This document shows, in pieces, positions 1 through 13,296 of a stretch of 64,000 nt of DNA. The translations under genes and the position numbers were made by a program. The stretch is taken from assembly GCA_002269645.1 (NCBI GenBank), contig NIVC01002548.1, positions 98,269 through 162,268 on the forward strand. Reading direction: 5' to 3'. The notes beneath the pieces are model-generated. The model made no database searches, had not been told where the DNA came from, and was given only the letters and a program-made list of their open reading frames with translations. Positions within the stretch are counted from its first letter, which is position 1, and every line of letters starts with the position of its first letter. The DNA is from Macrostomum lignano (lineage: Eukaryota).

Positions 1-171
1 TTTTGCTCTGCGTTGTAAACAACCATTTGACCTATGTTGCAACTAAAATAATTCAGCTTAAAGCAAAACAAATCCTTCTTTGCAATTCGTGAGAAAAAAA
101 TGAAAAGAAGTTGTTAATATCTCTTTTAATTTCTGAATTGTAAAAAAATTATATTGTAACTCTGGGATTGG

Positions 172-500
172 ATGACGGGTGAATGTCTGGGGCGGATGGT
201 GTGGGGATGTCTGAAGCGGCCGTTGTGGGGATGTCTGGAGCCGATGGTGTGGGGATGTCTGGAGCCGATGGTGTGGGGATGTCTGGAGCCGATGGTGTGG
301 GGATGTCTGGAGCCGATGGTGTGGGGATGTCTGAGGCCGATGGTGTGGGGATGTCTGGAGCCGATGGTGTGGGGATGTCTGAGGCCGATGGTGTGGGGAT
401 GTCTGAGGCCGATGGTGTGGGGATGTCTGAGGCCGATAATGTGGGGATGTCTGAGGCCGATGGTGTGGGGATGTCTGGAGCCGATGGTGTGGGGATATCT
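172..500. repeat. 24-bp tandem repeat (GCCGATGGTGTGGGGATGTCTGGA), about 13-14 copies
   Basis: Directly visible 24-nt period; it explains the DIPTPSAP / GADGVGMS ORFs on both strands. Confidence 0.95.
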
Positions 501-719
501 TTACTGTACCCTACCGGCGTGGACATGCGCGCACTTTGCGTTTCGTCAACTGCCTGGTGGCTGATGCTGGCGCCCCGGACACTGCCGGCGGCGCGGTCTA
601 CGTCCGCGCCCAGGCCTTGAAACGCGCTCTGTGACGTTGTCTTTGCCTCTCATGACTCGCTTGACTGGCTGACGTGTTTTGTTGTTTTGGTTGTAATGTG
701 AAAAGCGACCCCAAGTAGA

Positions 720-997
720 CTAGACTAAAGCGAACACAGAGTTCCGCCAGGTGCTGCCGCACCTCTGCTCAGGGTTGCCAGTGCAGGCGCCTCGGCAGTC
801 GCTCTCCGCGGCCACACCGTACCGCCCGAGTGCCCGCAGGAAGAGCCGCAGAAGCAATGAGACCTGCACTGCACGCCGAAGAATGGCGAGCCCTTCTGAG
901 AGCAGAAGCTGCTGCAAAACTCGTGCGACATCTCCCTGCTGCTGGTGGATCGGGCGTCTTTAAAGCAGCCAATGAAAGCAGAGTTCTTGCGGGACAT
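720..997 (-). pseudogene. WSC (carbohydrate-binding) domain, frameshifted
   Basis: FIGCFKD...EFCSSFCSQKGSPFFGVQCRSHCFCGSS in one frame continues as LGRYGVAAESDCRGACTGNPEQRCGSTWRNSVFALV* in another. Cys spacing matches WSC; frameshift near 835. Confidence 0.7.
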
Positions 998-1129
998 TTG
1001 GTACCGTTTGCTGTTGGCGAAGGTTGCTCAGCGTTCCTGCTCTTATACTCACCATCACTGGAGGCAGCTTGTTGAATATTTCTCAGTGTACTACTTATAG
1101 TAACAAATCTAAGCATAGACTATACATGT

Positions 1130-1455
1130 AGGTTGTAGCCTAGTGGGTTAGAGTGGCGGACTCACGACTGAGCGGCCAAATGGCCGGAAAAACTTCGATT
1201 CTCTAACACTGCGAACAATTTGTGTCTTTGAGCAAGACACTTAACTCTGCATTAATGCTCAGTTCACCCAGCTGAAAATGGTACACGAGCAATGGGCATT
1301 AAGCTGGGGTAATTGAAGTTGTACGTGGCGACCCCCAGTCCTTGAAATGAGCAGCCGTACGCGGCTTTCAGTTCAGATGCGCCGCGCAATAGCTGCGGCT
1401 GAGCTGTCGGTTTCAAATCAGCCCATTGGGGCAGGTGTAATAAAAATCGAGCAGA
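1130..1455 (+). mobile_element. tRNA-derived SINE with CORE-like central domain (copy 1)
   Basis: A box TAGCCTAGTGGGTTAGAG, B-box-like CTTCGATTC, CORE-like GTGTCTTTGAGCAAGACACTTAAC...CACCCAGCTGAAAATGG. Colinear with the second copy at 29321-29598. Confidence 0.85.
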
Positions 1456-1677
1456 AGATAGCTGCATTTGCTCACAGAAATTGATGCCATTTTTGTCGGC
1501 TTTGTATTGTCATCAAGACTAATGTTTTAGCTGTTAGAATTTCTTTTATAAACTATTTCCAATGTGATAGAATTGGACTCTTGTAGTGTGAATCAATAGA
1601 TTTCATTATCACATGTAGATGCTCATAAGTATTGCAGTTTGACAATTAGTCAATAGAAAATCAAGCGCATAATTGTG

Positions 1678-2716
1678 TTACAAAACCAGCATCTCGAACT
1701 CCATCAGTGAGTAGTAGTAGCCGAAGGACAAGCTCCAAATGACACCTTGAGCATAGGGATCTTCAGTGGCCACAGAGGCGTCTCTGTACTCCCCATTCGG
1801 GTGCGTGCAGTGGCAATTGGTGAACCACCAGGCTCCTCGAAAAAACGCTGCGCAGTTACCAGGATGAGTGTCGTGATCGGCGTCCTTTGTGGTGAACTGC
1901 TGCCCTTTTCCACCAGCGAAGCAGTCGCCGATGCCGGCGCTGCCGCGGAGAAGCCGGAAACGCTCAGCCGGTAGTTGTCGGACTCGGGACCCACGGAGAA
2001 GCTGGAGTACTCAGCCCAGTGCTCAGACCCGTTCCAGGCTTTCATTAGAAACCGCACCTTGTGACTTCCATGCTGCGTGATTTCGTGAAGAGCGTTCAGA
2101 CCTGAAATAGCAATTGCCAAACTATTAGCAGTAGGCATTTGAACATGCAGATATTTTAGTCTGTACAATAAGCTCTAATAGGTCACAACTTTTTGGTCCT
2201 CACCAATCCAGTAGTTTCCGTCGGGTCCCTCGCCGAACTCGCTCTGGTACTGAGTCCAGTTGCGCTAAAATTCCACTGAGCCGGACACCCTGTGCTGCAC
2301 GGTGGTCCAGCAGTCACTGCCGGCTGTCTGCAAGGAGACGTCACGCATTCTAAATGAAGGCATTCGGAGAAACAACGAAGAGCCAACTCATTATCTTACC
2401 CATAAACCACGCGGAGCTGCCTTGTTTAAACTGCAGCACTTCCTGCAGTGGCTCAGGCCCAGGCGACACCTGAAGTGAGCGCACAGGCCGGAGCTGGCGT
2501 TGAACGCCACCAGCTGCACAGCGGAGTCGCTGCTGGCAGCAGCTGAGCACTCAATTCTGGACAGGTCCGAGAACGATATCTGACAACTTCGTAATCAGAA
2601 AGGCTCTCTTCGCTTGCCCACCACCTGCGCTCAGAGGAAGCTGCGTCAATGTGACCTGCAGCTAGCAGTAGAAGCATGAAAGCATTGAAGTTTTGCAACT
2701 GCATTTCTCTTTTCAT
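1678..2716 (-). pseudogene. Secreted fibrinogen-related domain (FReD) protein, pseudogene
   Basis: Signal-like MLLLLAAGHIDAA; FReD motifs CWTTVQHRVSGSVEF*RNW...NYWIG|LNALHEIT...WAEYSSFSVGPESDNYRLSV...FTTKDADHD...CAAFFRGAWWFTNCHCTHPNGEY. In-frame TAG at 2265-2267 plus at least 3 frameshifts; two GT-AG introns. Confidence 0.85.
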
Positions 2717-3958
2717 TGCGCTGCCCGAATGAAAGCAAAAGCTACATTGGCTGACACTGCTTTCTTGCTTGTTTTCATCTTTTATGGCTTTAACACAAAG
2801 CGTGGAAGCCACTGCAAAGACACCGACTGTTGATTGACAAGTCTGTTGTTGCGGATGCAACAAGCAGGAAGTCTTATTCATGGTTTGAGACCATGCTTTG
2901 GGCGGCCGGTCTGACTCACTCATCCCAAAGCTGAGCACCGCCAGCTTCCTCCGCTTCCTGCGTCTTTGCTGGAAGAAACTTTCGGGCAGACAGGAAGGAA
3001 TGCAGATGCTAGCAGGCGGTGTCGAAAAAATTCCCAAATCAATAATAGCGGCATTGTCGCAGCTATGTGCTTACCTGAATGAAGTTTCCTGTTTAGTGAG
3101 AAAAAATTCTGCGGACACATTAGAATGAGTTTTTTTCTGAATCTTTGTCTTCTCTGAATACACTGTTGTCGATCATTGATCTTGTCAGATGGGAGAACAA
3201 AAATCTCTGAGACTACTTACAACAGAAGTATTATATGTGGCACAAGTACCTCCAATTGCGCGCTGCATTAAATTCATTGCTGCTGCTTATCAAGTTTTCT
3301 CCTATAGTAGAAGTTGATTGCCATCAAGTGCGCTTTTATCTAGCATTTATCCCACTGCTCCAGGGCGTGGGAAGGGAGCTGAAGGTTAGACATATCACCA
3401 AACTGGAATCGCCATGGGCTGTGTAGTGTACGCTCTGCGCGGTAATAATGTACTTGGCTTGGTCGATGAACTAACTCGTAGCAATACTCTTATTACGCAA
3501 TGCTCTCGTGCCTATAAATATATTGAATTGAGCAATCGGCTCATTTAAGTGCATCGTTTCTCTCGCCAAACTAAATAGCTAGTCTTAGTCATTACAGGCT
3601 GTAGAACCGGCCTTGTCTTCCATCATTCAGTCTGGCTAGATTTCAATCACACAAAATCTCTAACAAAAAATTGAAAGAAAACAAACATATTGTTTGGAAA
3701 AGTGGCCTTCAAAACTTTTTTCCATAGATTTCGAGTGTTGCGTCCTTCTACTTTAGTAGTCCTTGGAATGTTCAACATCAACAGTCTTTGAAACCTCTGC
3801 ACAAAAGACGCAGATTAGAGTAGAGCATAAACAAGTAAGTAGAGCAGAGACGTTACTCTTGAATCCACACATACATTGAGCAGTTTTCAGCAGTTGAATT
3901 AAAGATACATGTAGGTGTTTATTAATAACTTGTTCCTCGTCTTGGATTGGCTTATCGA

Positions 3959-5534
3959 TCAAAGCTGAGTATAGTCCTTCTGGTCAGCAAGAAACCCGTG
4001 TCTGAGCAGTCTCTCAGCCGACCACCTGTCTTCGCGTGTCCATGCGGTGCACCTGCTGTAGAAGTCTCTCAGATCCTTGCTGATTGCGGTAATTTCTGGT
4101 AACCTAGGTGCGCCATGAACTTCACTTAGTCTCCTGGCCATAGCCAGCATGTTCTGGCAGTCGGTGTGCGGTCTGCCACCTGTCACCATCAGGTACACGG
4201 TGCAGCCGAACGCCCAGATGTCGGACTTGGCGCTGTACCGCGCCGGGTCCTGCTCATTTTCAGGCGCAAGCAGCTCCGGAGCCATGAAGTTGGCCGTGCC
4301 TTCGGATACGCAGAGATGGTGGAGTGGTGGCTGGCTGCCTCTTTCAGCTTCATCGACAGCCCAAAGTCGATCAGCTTGACCATCGGTCCATCAGTTTGCT
4401 GTTGTTGATGCGTACCACGCAGCACCATAATGTTCCAACCGTTGATGTCTCGGTGGATCACAGGAGGCTGGCGGGTGTGGATGTACTGCATGGCGCTGCA
4501 AATCTGCAGATGAGGTGAAGGAACGTGTAAGGTTTTATTTCTAAAGCATCTGACTAGAATCTATTTAGTTTTTTACCTGTCCACAAATCGACCTCATCTG
4601 GGATTGGTCGCGCATTGGATTGCCTCCGATGAAGCTCTCCAGTGTGTCTCCATCCAGCAGCTCCATAAATAGACAGACCTTGAATTGATCTACTGTTTGC
4701 ACAATACCCAGAAATTGTACTATGTTTTGGTGATTCAGATCACACAGATTCTGCTCTCCATCCACCGCCCGTCTGATGCCAGTTGTACAATCCTCGCAGT
4801 CATTAGCTCCAGCTTCCACTGGCAGTCTTATCACTTTGATGACGCATCTCTGCCAGTCAGCTGAGTTTAGTTGAACCGAACCTCTGAACACTGAGCCACC
4901 ACCGCCTCGAGCCAGCAGTTTGTCTTTGCGCCATCGTATTTGACCACCGCAGTTTAGCGAGCCGTCCAAACTCAGTTGCGACTCCCATTGATTCATTGGT
5001 AGATCCCGTTCGATGATGGTGTCCTCATCTTCCATGAACTGGGATGCAGTGGACCTCAAACTCACAGAAGGCTTTCTAAGACGAATTGAAGAAGATGGCT
5101 GACTGGCTTCCGGCTGATTTGTGGTACCCTGTTGTTCCGCAGCCATGGGTGGGAACTGTTGCTGTAAGGATCCTGAAGCCTGAAGCAGCACGTTTGGCTG
5201 CTGCTTTACGGCACGCTGTGACGCCAGCAGCGCATCGTGCCATTTTTTGAATTGAAACGGATCCTTGGTGGTCAGTCGCAGTGATGAATTACCGGTGTTG
5301 ATCTGTGATGGTAGCAGGGTAGATAAGACTTTTCCCCTCTCCTCTCGATCTCTCCTCTCCGCGCCCCTCTCCTCTCATCTCCCTTCTCTCCTCTCTTCTC
5401 ACTCTGGCATATGGCGGCGCTGAATGCACAACTCACCTGCATGAAGCTTCTCTCTTCACTATCGTGTGCCTCCACTACTGAGCACCCGTCACTTTGCAGC
5501 AACACGGAACAAATAGTCTTTTTTCTTGACGAGT
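3959..5534 (-). CDS. PH-domain Ser/Thr kinase (MAP3K/STE-like), 5' end not resolved, one frameshift
   Basis: Exons 5534-5437, 5302-4577, 4503-3959 with consistent GT-AG phases. PH C-terminal half (SFMQ|INTGNSSLRLTTKDPFQFKKWHDALL); kinase motifs ARGGGGSV, CVIK, HRDINGWN, DFG, (K)GTANFMAPE, SDIWAFG. GG at 4299-4300 needs one more G to keep frame; the paralogue reads PKGTPNFMAPE. Confidence 0.85.
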
Positions 5535-7324
5535 CTGCTTAATAAATGACAGAGAGTGGGAATTCATTCGATTCTAACTTAAGAATTCAGCGGTTTCTCA
5601 ATCTATCAGATTCCATTATTGGATCCGCACTGAGGGCAGAATCCAGTTTCGCCAGGTTCGCAGGCGGAGGTAAGGTGCATGGGTGCCTTGATCAACCGCC
5701 CCTCCCATAGGGCCTACATGTACATGGGGCCTTAACTACAAGCGTACATGGAGTGTTGGGCGAGAGGCGTTGCAGGGTGAGGGGCAGGACGAGATGTTTT
5801 CAACCAATGGGAGTTGCGGTGATCGGACGCCCACCTCATCTCCAAAAAGGGCCCTTATCTGCGTTCTTAGTAGTCACGCACAAAATCGCTCAGATTTCGA
5901 TGGAGGCCGGTGGTTGCTGCAAAATGCTTGAGCCAGATAGGAATTTTTCAGTTTTTCAACGCTAAAATCCCAATATCTCAATTTCTGCGCAATATCTCTG
6001 AATTTCAAATTAAGCAACTAGTATTGCGCCCCCTAAGATATGTTTGAGAGTTTTAAGATTTGTTTGAGACATTTATTTTTAGATGACGTCTTCTTCAATA
6101 GAAGAATTTAATCCGTAAAAACCCACGCTCGAAAAATTACTCTCGAGAGACGGTAAAACAGAAATTTCTACACAAAGTTTTGCTAGATTAGATTGTCTGT
6201 CTCCAGTAGCAATTTGTCCGGTCGCTTGAGTAGCTAACTGGTATAGTTGCACCTACCTACACGAACACATGCTTGCTTCATTTGCAGCAGTTTATAGAGG
6301 TCATATTGTCAATCTAGTGCTCAGAAAACTCAAAACACTTTCTGTATTATTTCATGCAGCGAAACCGCGGCCTCCAGCAAACCTGGCACGAGTCGAGTCG
6401 ATCGTGCTCGCAGCGTCCTTGTAGCTCGTACGTCAGTTGTCCATGACTATTTTGCCATTCCCCCATAGTGGAATCCGACAGAGAAACCGCAGCTCTGATA
6501 TACTGATTTTTCGGACTATATAGAATAATTATTAAAAATACGTACCTTTAAAAATGATCAATTCGTGGGATGCGTGCAAAACGGCGTATCGCTTTTTCCA
6601 TTTGCGATTCCCCTGCAAGCAGAATGATAGAAAGCTGACGTCTCTCTGTCACACCCGTGTGAACTGGTGATTAAACATTGCTATAATATTAAATATCCAT
6701 AACTATGTTGAGTACAATTATCGAGGTATACTCTATACTCACCTGATAGAGCAGTACGTCACCTTTCTTAATAACTTGCATTTTTACTTGATCTTATTTT
6801 ATGGCAAGCAGAGGCAACAAAAATTTGAAGCGATTTGCTTTTGATTTGAGTTTTCAATTTTTTAGTAGTTTTATATCCATTATTTATTTATATTTTAAGT
6901 TCTGACACAAAAGTTCTCTTTCCTCACCTAGCTATAGCTGTACATTCAGATGCTTTGAGATGCTCTTGAGATTTGCTACTTGTGTTGTGTGCCAATATTT
7001 GGAAAGAAAATTTTTACACAAGGCAATTGTTCGTCTGGTTTGCTTTTAATGAGTACACTGTATTTCGTAGCGCATGGCTAACGCACACTACGGCATGGAT
7101 GTTCTGTAACGTGCTTAACGAGCTCGTAATGTACTGTTGAGTATAGTCCATGAAAATTTGTAAACTATGACTACATATGACTATGTGTGAATGTCTAACA
7201 GAAACGCATGCAAAATAACCATTAAAACCGATTGGTTAGGCGGCCGGATCTCATTATATGCACTGCTGCCTGTATTATTACTCGTACTATAGTTAAAATA
7301 AAAGGCGCTAAAATATATATCACC

Positions 7325-7936
7325 TGCGGCGCTCGAATGAGTGCCTGTGCGACGCTAAAATGAGTGCTTGTGCGGCGCTAAAATAAGTGCCTGCGGCGCT
7401 CAAATGAGTGCCTGCGGCGCTCAAATGAGTGCCTGCGGCGCTAAAATGAATTTCTGCGGCGCTAAAATGAATGTCTGCGGCGCTAAAATGAATTTCTGCC
7501 GCGCTAAAATGAACTTCTGCGGCGCTAAAATGAATGTCTGCGGCGCTAAAATGAATTTCTGCGGCGCTAAAATGAGTGCCTGCGGCGCTAAAATGAATTT
7601 CTGCCGCGCTAAAATGAACTTCTGCGGCGCTAAAATGAATGTCTGCGGCGCTAAAATGAATTTCTGCGGCGCTAAAATGAATGTCTGCGGCGCTAAAATG
7701 AATGTCTGCGGCGCTAAAATGAATTTCTGCGGCGCTAAAATGAATTTCTGCGGCGCTAAAATGAGTGCCTGCGGCGCTAAAATGAATTTCTGCCGCGCTA
7801 AAATGAATGTCTGCGGCGCTAAAATGAATTTCTGCGGCGCTAAAATGAATTTCTGCGGCGCTAAAATGAGTGCCTGCGGCGCTAAAATGAATTTCTGCGG
7901 CGCTAAAATGAGTGCCTGCGGCGCTAAAATGAGTGC
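7325..7936. repeat. 21-bp minisatellite (CTGCGGCGCTAAAATGAATTT), about 29 copies
   Basis: Visible 21-nt period; explains the CGAKMN / ILAPQK ORFs. Confidence 0.95.
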
Positions 7937-9727
7937 TGAAAACAGCCGACTCTCAAAATAATGTAGATGTAGGAATTCAGTCATTTACATGTAAAATTAT
8001 TTGCTTTGTACCCCCACCATAAAATCCATGGCGACGCGTTTGGTTGTAAAGCTTGCAATACGATCAACTGCATAATATTTTAATTTATGGTTTCGATAGT
8101 TAATGTTAGATAGTTAGAGCGCATGATCGGTACGTCTGGCTGAAGAACTCAGTTTACATCGCATGAATTCACAGCAATTGGCTGTTCGAAGTTCCAGGGG
8201 GAATATCGATCACTTTATGGTGCGAGATGTGCATGCATGTGCATGTAGTTTAAGGGAAAGAATAGTTTAGGAGATTGATATGTAGATCGAGAGATGTTTA
8301 GCAGTTCTCTGTCAGCGGCCGGAAGAACGTCCAGTAGGTTGAGTTTTGACGCACAAAACACTGATCATGATCGCACGAGCCTGAAATGAGCCTGAGGTAA
8401 CTTGACTCTTACTTAGCCTTAGCCAGTTATTGGGAAAATTCTGCAAGGGAACTCGAAAGGTTCAACGCAATTGTGACACGCAACATGTGACGACGGCTGG
8501 GGCTCTGCATGATTTGATATGGGCAACAGGTCAATTAAGTATCGCGTACGTCACGATCGAGTGTCAGATGTGACTGTCACCTGTCCTTGAACCGTTTTGC
8601 TGCCAAGCAAACCGAGGGTCGTCTATAGTAGCGCCAGTCCTACTCCTGATTGGCCAATGCACGCCTCCGCACTTATTTGCACGATTCCAAAGGAATTGCC
8701 GAGAGTAGGGCATCTAACATTTGTGTAGCAGCCCCGCGGGGCCCTGGATTCCGACTGTCAAAAGACCAAGAGGGCACAAAAATGGAGAACATTTAGGGTT
8801 GAGAAGCGAAGTCAAGAAAATAATAAGGGCAACTGTTGCATAAGTTGTTCTATTTCTCAAATATTTTCTGCTTCAAAACTAAAAGTAGGAAAGAATTTAA
8901 GCAAATCCATTTACTGTTGCCTAACCAAAGTACTTTGTGAAGAAAACAATTTAGGAAATTTTCAAATCTGCCAGTACTGATCTGACAAAATCCAGCAGAG
9001 AAATTTGAAAACCTAATAGTTCAAGTCTTGTTTGTGATTAGTTGTGTGAGAGAAGTAGCAATTTTACTTTCCTCTCTTTGCTTGATTTGTATCTTTTGAA
9101 AATCATAAAATGTTTTTATGTACCACCGAGCTAAAAAATGCTTGTGAAAACTCGTAAGATCTTACAAGGCGAAGCAGACAGCAAATCTGGTTAGAAATTT
9201 AGGTAAGAACAGATGTCAAGAATGAGTGAACAGATTGTCAACTAGGGTCTTGGTGGGCGCCCCCCCCCCTCCTGTTTCTCTTGGTGGGCACCCCTGCAAC
9301 TGTCTTAGAGAAGAGCAATTTGGGTGCGATTGTGTGGAGATCACAGCCCCTCCTGCCCCTCCTCTGCGTACGCCACCAACGTCGTATAGACGTGCATGCA
9401 GTGTACGCGGTGGTAGAGAAGATTTTGCAGCCCTCGACTGACACAGCCATGACACGTCACAGGCTGGTCTGCCTGGGACAGACGTTCATAGACAGAAGAA
9501 TACTCAGGAAGGTATTATTCACGCAGAAATAAACACCGCAGGGCTTAACCGTACCGTACAGACACTTTCGTGTACAACTATAGATTAAGGGAACGTTTTT
9601 CTCTGTCACTATAAAACCTGCTAGCAGACCTTGGGCTGTCATCTGCAATTGTTAGATAGCACCAGTTAGTTAGTTAGAGCAGAAAAGAAAAGCTTACACA
9701 CTGCTACCACAGATTGCAGCTGATAGA

Positions 9728-12022
9728 ATGGCAGTTTCATCTAGCTTAGTGTTAGCCGGCGGTGCCGCAGCTCTGGGACTGTACTGGTACGGCCGGAAGC
9801 GGCTGGAGGACGCCAGGGAGCCTCCATCGGTTGGTCGCTACCCTCTGGTTGGCAGCATGCGCCACATCCACGAGCCGCTGTACCTCTGGCTGTACGAGAA
9901 CTTCGGCTCGGAGCCCGTCGTTCGGGTGCACTTCGGCACCCAGTGCGTCTACGTGTTTAACAAGTGGTCCGCATTCAAGGAGGCCATGGTGGACAACGCC
10001 GATCAGCTGTCGGGACGTCTGAGCCAGAAACTCACCGCTCGTCTGTTTGGCGACGTCGGCGGCATTGTGGCCTCCGACGGCGAAGTGTGGCGCGACTACC
10101 GGCGCTTCACATTGAAGACACTGCGCGACTTCGGCTTCGGCCGACGCGGTGCCGAGGAAATCATTACCGTTGAGGCGGAGCACCTGCGCCAGACGCTCGA
10201 CGAAGCGGCTGGGAAGCCGGTGGAAACTTCGGTTCTGTTGAGCACGGCGACCAGCAACATCATCTGCCAGCTGGTGTTCGGCTCCCGGCTGGCCTCGGAG
10301 GACGAGAAGTTCGGAGAGATTCTCGAAGTGTTTCGCAAGATCACGCACAACGAAGACTCGAACTCGACTAACGCGATGTTTATGACGATTATTCCTCTGA
10401 TCGAGAATCTTCCTTTCATTGCCGATCTGTTTTTTAAAACGCCGGCTTCCAAGGCTGCCATTGATGACTTTTTGAAACTGCTGGGCTACTGCAACGAACA
10501 GCGGGACAAGCACATCGCCGAGATGGAGGGCGTCGATACAGCCAGGTAAGCTTATGGAGTGATTGAGGTACATGTCTTACAGTGAGGTACATATCTGGCA
10601 GTGACGTATATATCTGACAATGAGGTACACGCCTGATAATGAGATACATCTGACGAGATGCAGGGTCAGTAACAGGGCATATAAACATGCACATGCTCCG
10701 TAGTCCGTAATTGTGGCACAAAACACAGTATATCTGACTTAGGATTTTCAAGAAGTATCATACTTTAGTTACATTTACTTTCATGTACATATTTACCTGT
10801 ACATGTACTTCTCCCCGTGACAAAAACGCTACGACACAGAGACTACATCGAGGCGCACCTGTTGTACCAGCGCGACCAGCCCGAGATGTTCAACGACACG
10901 CGTCTGACCATGGCCGTCAGCGACCTGTTCATCGCTGGCACCGACACCACTGCCAACACGCTGCGCTGGGCGATTCTCTACATGATTGACAACCCGGACG
11001 TCTGCGAGAAAGTGCACGAGGAGGTGGTGAAGGCCATTGGAAACGACCGGCTGCCCACTATGCAGGACAAAGCGAGACTGCCGTACACTCAGGTTGGGAG
11101 AAAATTAACTCGATGTAGAGGCGATATTATCCGCACAATACCGGTATATTTTATCCTGTGGATGACTGCGTTTAACTACACATGTAATTTCCTTTTGTTA
11201 AATGGCAGGTGACGTCTGTGTACCTGTGTGTGTGTGATATATTTAATATTTTGACAAGGTGATGTCGGTTGGCAGATATGGTACCCTCAAATATGCAATG
11301 TCAGTAAGTCAAAAAGACGATGTCTTTGACCAAAGTCTATATACGAGCTACCAATACTTAATTGTCCGTGACCACATCCTCTAAGCAATGTCCTCGTTTC
11401 AGATGATGTTCTCAGGCAATGCCCTTATTTCAGATGATGTTCTATAAGCATTGTCCTTGTTTCAGATGATGTTCTCTACGCAGGCAATGTCCTTATTTCA
11501 GATGACGTTCTCTAAGCATAGTCAATGTCCTCTTTAAACAATGTGCTTTAATTTATTTTCAAGGCCGTGATCGAAGAAGTCCACCGCAAAGCCAGCCTCG
11601 TCCCAATGGGAGTTTTCCACCGAGTTGTGGACGAAGTCACTCTGGCCAACAATGGCGGCTGGAAGCTTCAACCAGACAGCGTCTGCACCTTCAACACGTA
11701 CGCCATCCACCACGACCCGGAGGTGTTCCCGCAGCCGGAGAAGTTTCTGCCGGAGCGGCACCTGAAGGAGGACGGGCAGTTCGCGGCCAGCCCGCACCTG
11801 TCCACCTTCGGCCTGGGCAAGAGGGCCTGTCTTGGCGAGAGTCTGGCCCGCATGGAGCTGCTGGTGTTCTTCGTGACCCTCGTGCAGCGCTACAGCTTCA
11901 GCCTGGACCCCGAGGACAGCCGGACGATGTGGCAGCTCACAGAGGATCCGAGCTTCTCCAAGGGCACCGTGCTGAGGTCCCCGCCGCTGCACAAAATCGT
12001 GTTCAAAGCCAGAAACATTTAG
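9728..12022 (+). CDS. Cytochrome P450, CYP2 clan
   Basis: Exons 9728-10545, 10840-11092, 11564-12022 splice in frame. N-terminal anchor, WxxxR (WRDYRR), I-helix AGTDTT, ExxR (EEVHR), PERH, heme motif FGLGKRACLG. Confidence 0.95.
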
Positions 12023-13296
12023 CCAGGGATCATAAACTGTTCTCTTAGATTGCACGTTAAAATTCTGAACAAAACTAACTATTGGAAGCATGCAAGAAGA
12101 CAAACTTTTGTGGAAATTTCAATTTAAAATTTTGTTGTTTTGATCTACCATAAATTTAGTAGCTTTACTGTATCGCCCCACCCCTCAAGGTAATATGACT
12201 CCGTGCACGTGTGTGTAAAAATAGTGCCCAGACATGTAAATGCATATACCTTTTGATACTTTTTGCAGTAAAACGTGTGTTATGCAAAACAAAAACAAAA
12301 TTTTATTTTTTAATCTCCATTCCCACTCAGTTATTGTTTGTGAAGTTTACATGTAGAGGGTTATACACAATTTTTTGTATTTTTAGGATGAAAGCATGCT
12401 TTGGAAACGATGCTTTGTACTAAAAGTAGTTCGGACAGACAGTAGAAACAGATTTTCAAACGTTTTAATATATATAAAAATATTATCCAGTGCAAAAGTA
12501 CAATTTTTCGAAATAAACTTTCCTCTGGAACTCTTTTATGATTCCCGCGTGACAGAAGATAAGGCAGCTGCAGCTATGTGAGCCGAAGCTGCAAGCGATT
12601 CCTACTAAATTATTGATTATATTGGAATCGGCCGTTTCGTTGCAACCATAAAAATATTATTAAGCTACTACAGTGGGATATAAAAGCATATACGAGTATT
12701 GTTATAGTCGTCTAAGACGCAATTTGTTCAGCAAGCAATTCCTAAGCAATATTCGATCACAAGCAAGCTAGCTTTTCCTTCATGGATCCATGAATCGTGC
12801 AGAATGAAAATTCATCATTCATCTTTTTTCGAAATTAGAGATGCAAGGACAACCAAAGCAACGCACCGACAGGACGCGTCACGCGACACTGATATTTCAT
12901 GGAAAAAAATTGTGACATTATTTGGAAAATTATATTGGCCCTTCAAATAAAACATTTTCATAGATTTCGAGTGTTGCGTCTGTCGTAGTTTGAACACAGC
13001 TGTCGGCAGAGTTTATTTAAGCATAGAAAATTATTATAACATAAGTGAGAGGCTGAGAACGAAAGCTTAAGAACATATAGCTGATTGCTACCATAGACAT
13101 AACGCGGATATGGGTAAAGTGGGTAAAGTGCAGCAACGCTAACTCTAGCTAGCAGCTACTACAACATGTCCCCGTCGGCGAAGGAAGACGATGGATAACG
13201 ACGCCCGCAGGACAGTCAAACAAACAAACTTTAAGAACTAGCTAGTAAACTTCGAAAAGTCAGTGATCACGCGATCACGGTTTACTCAGTCTGAGC

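Noticed and set aside
149-526. Mucin-like DIPTPSAP ORF
   Set aside because: Open in several frames on both strands because the 24-mer lacks stops; no signal peptide or splice support.
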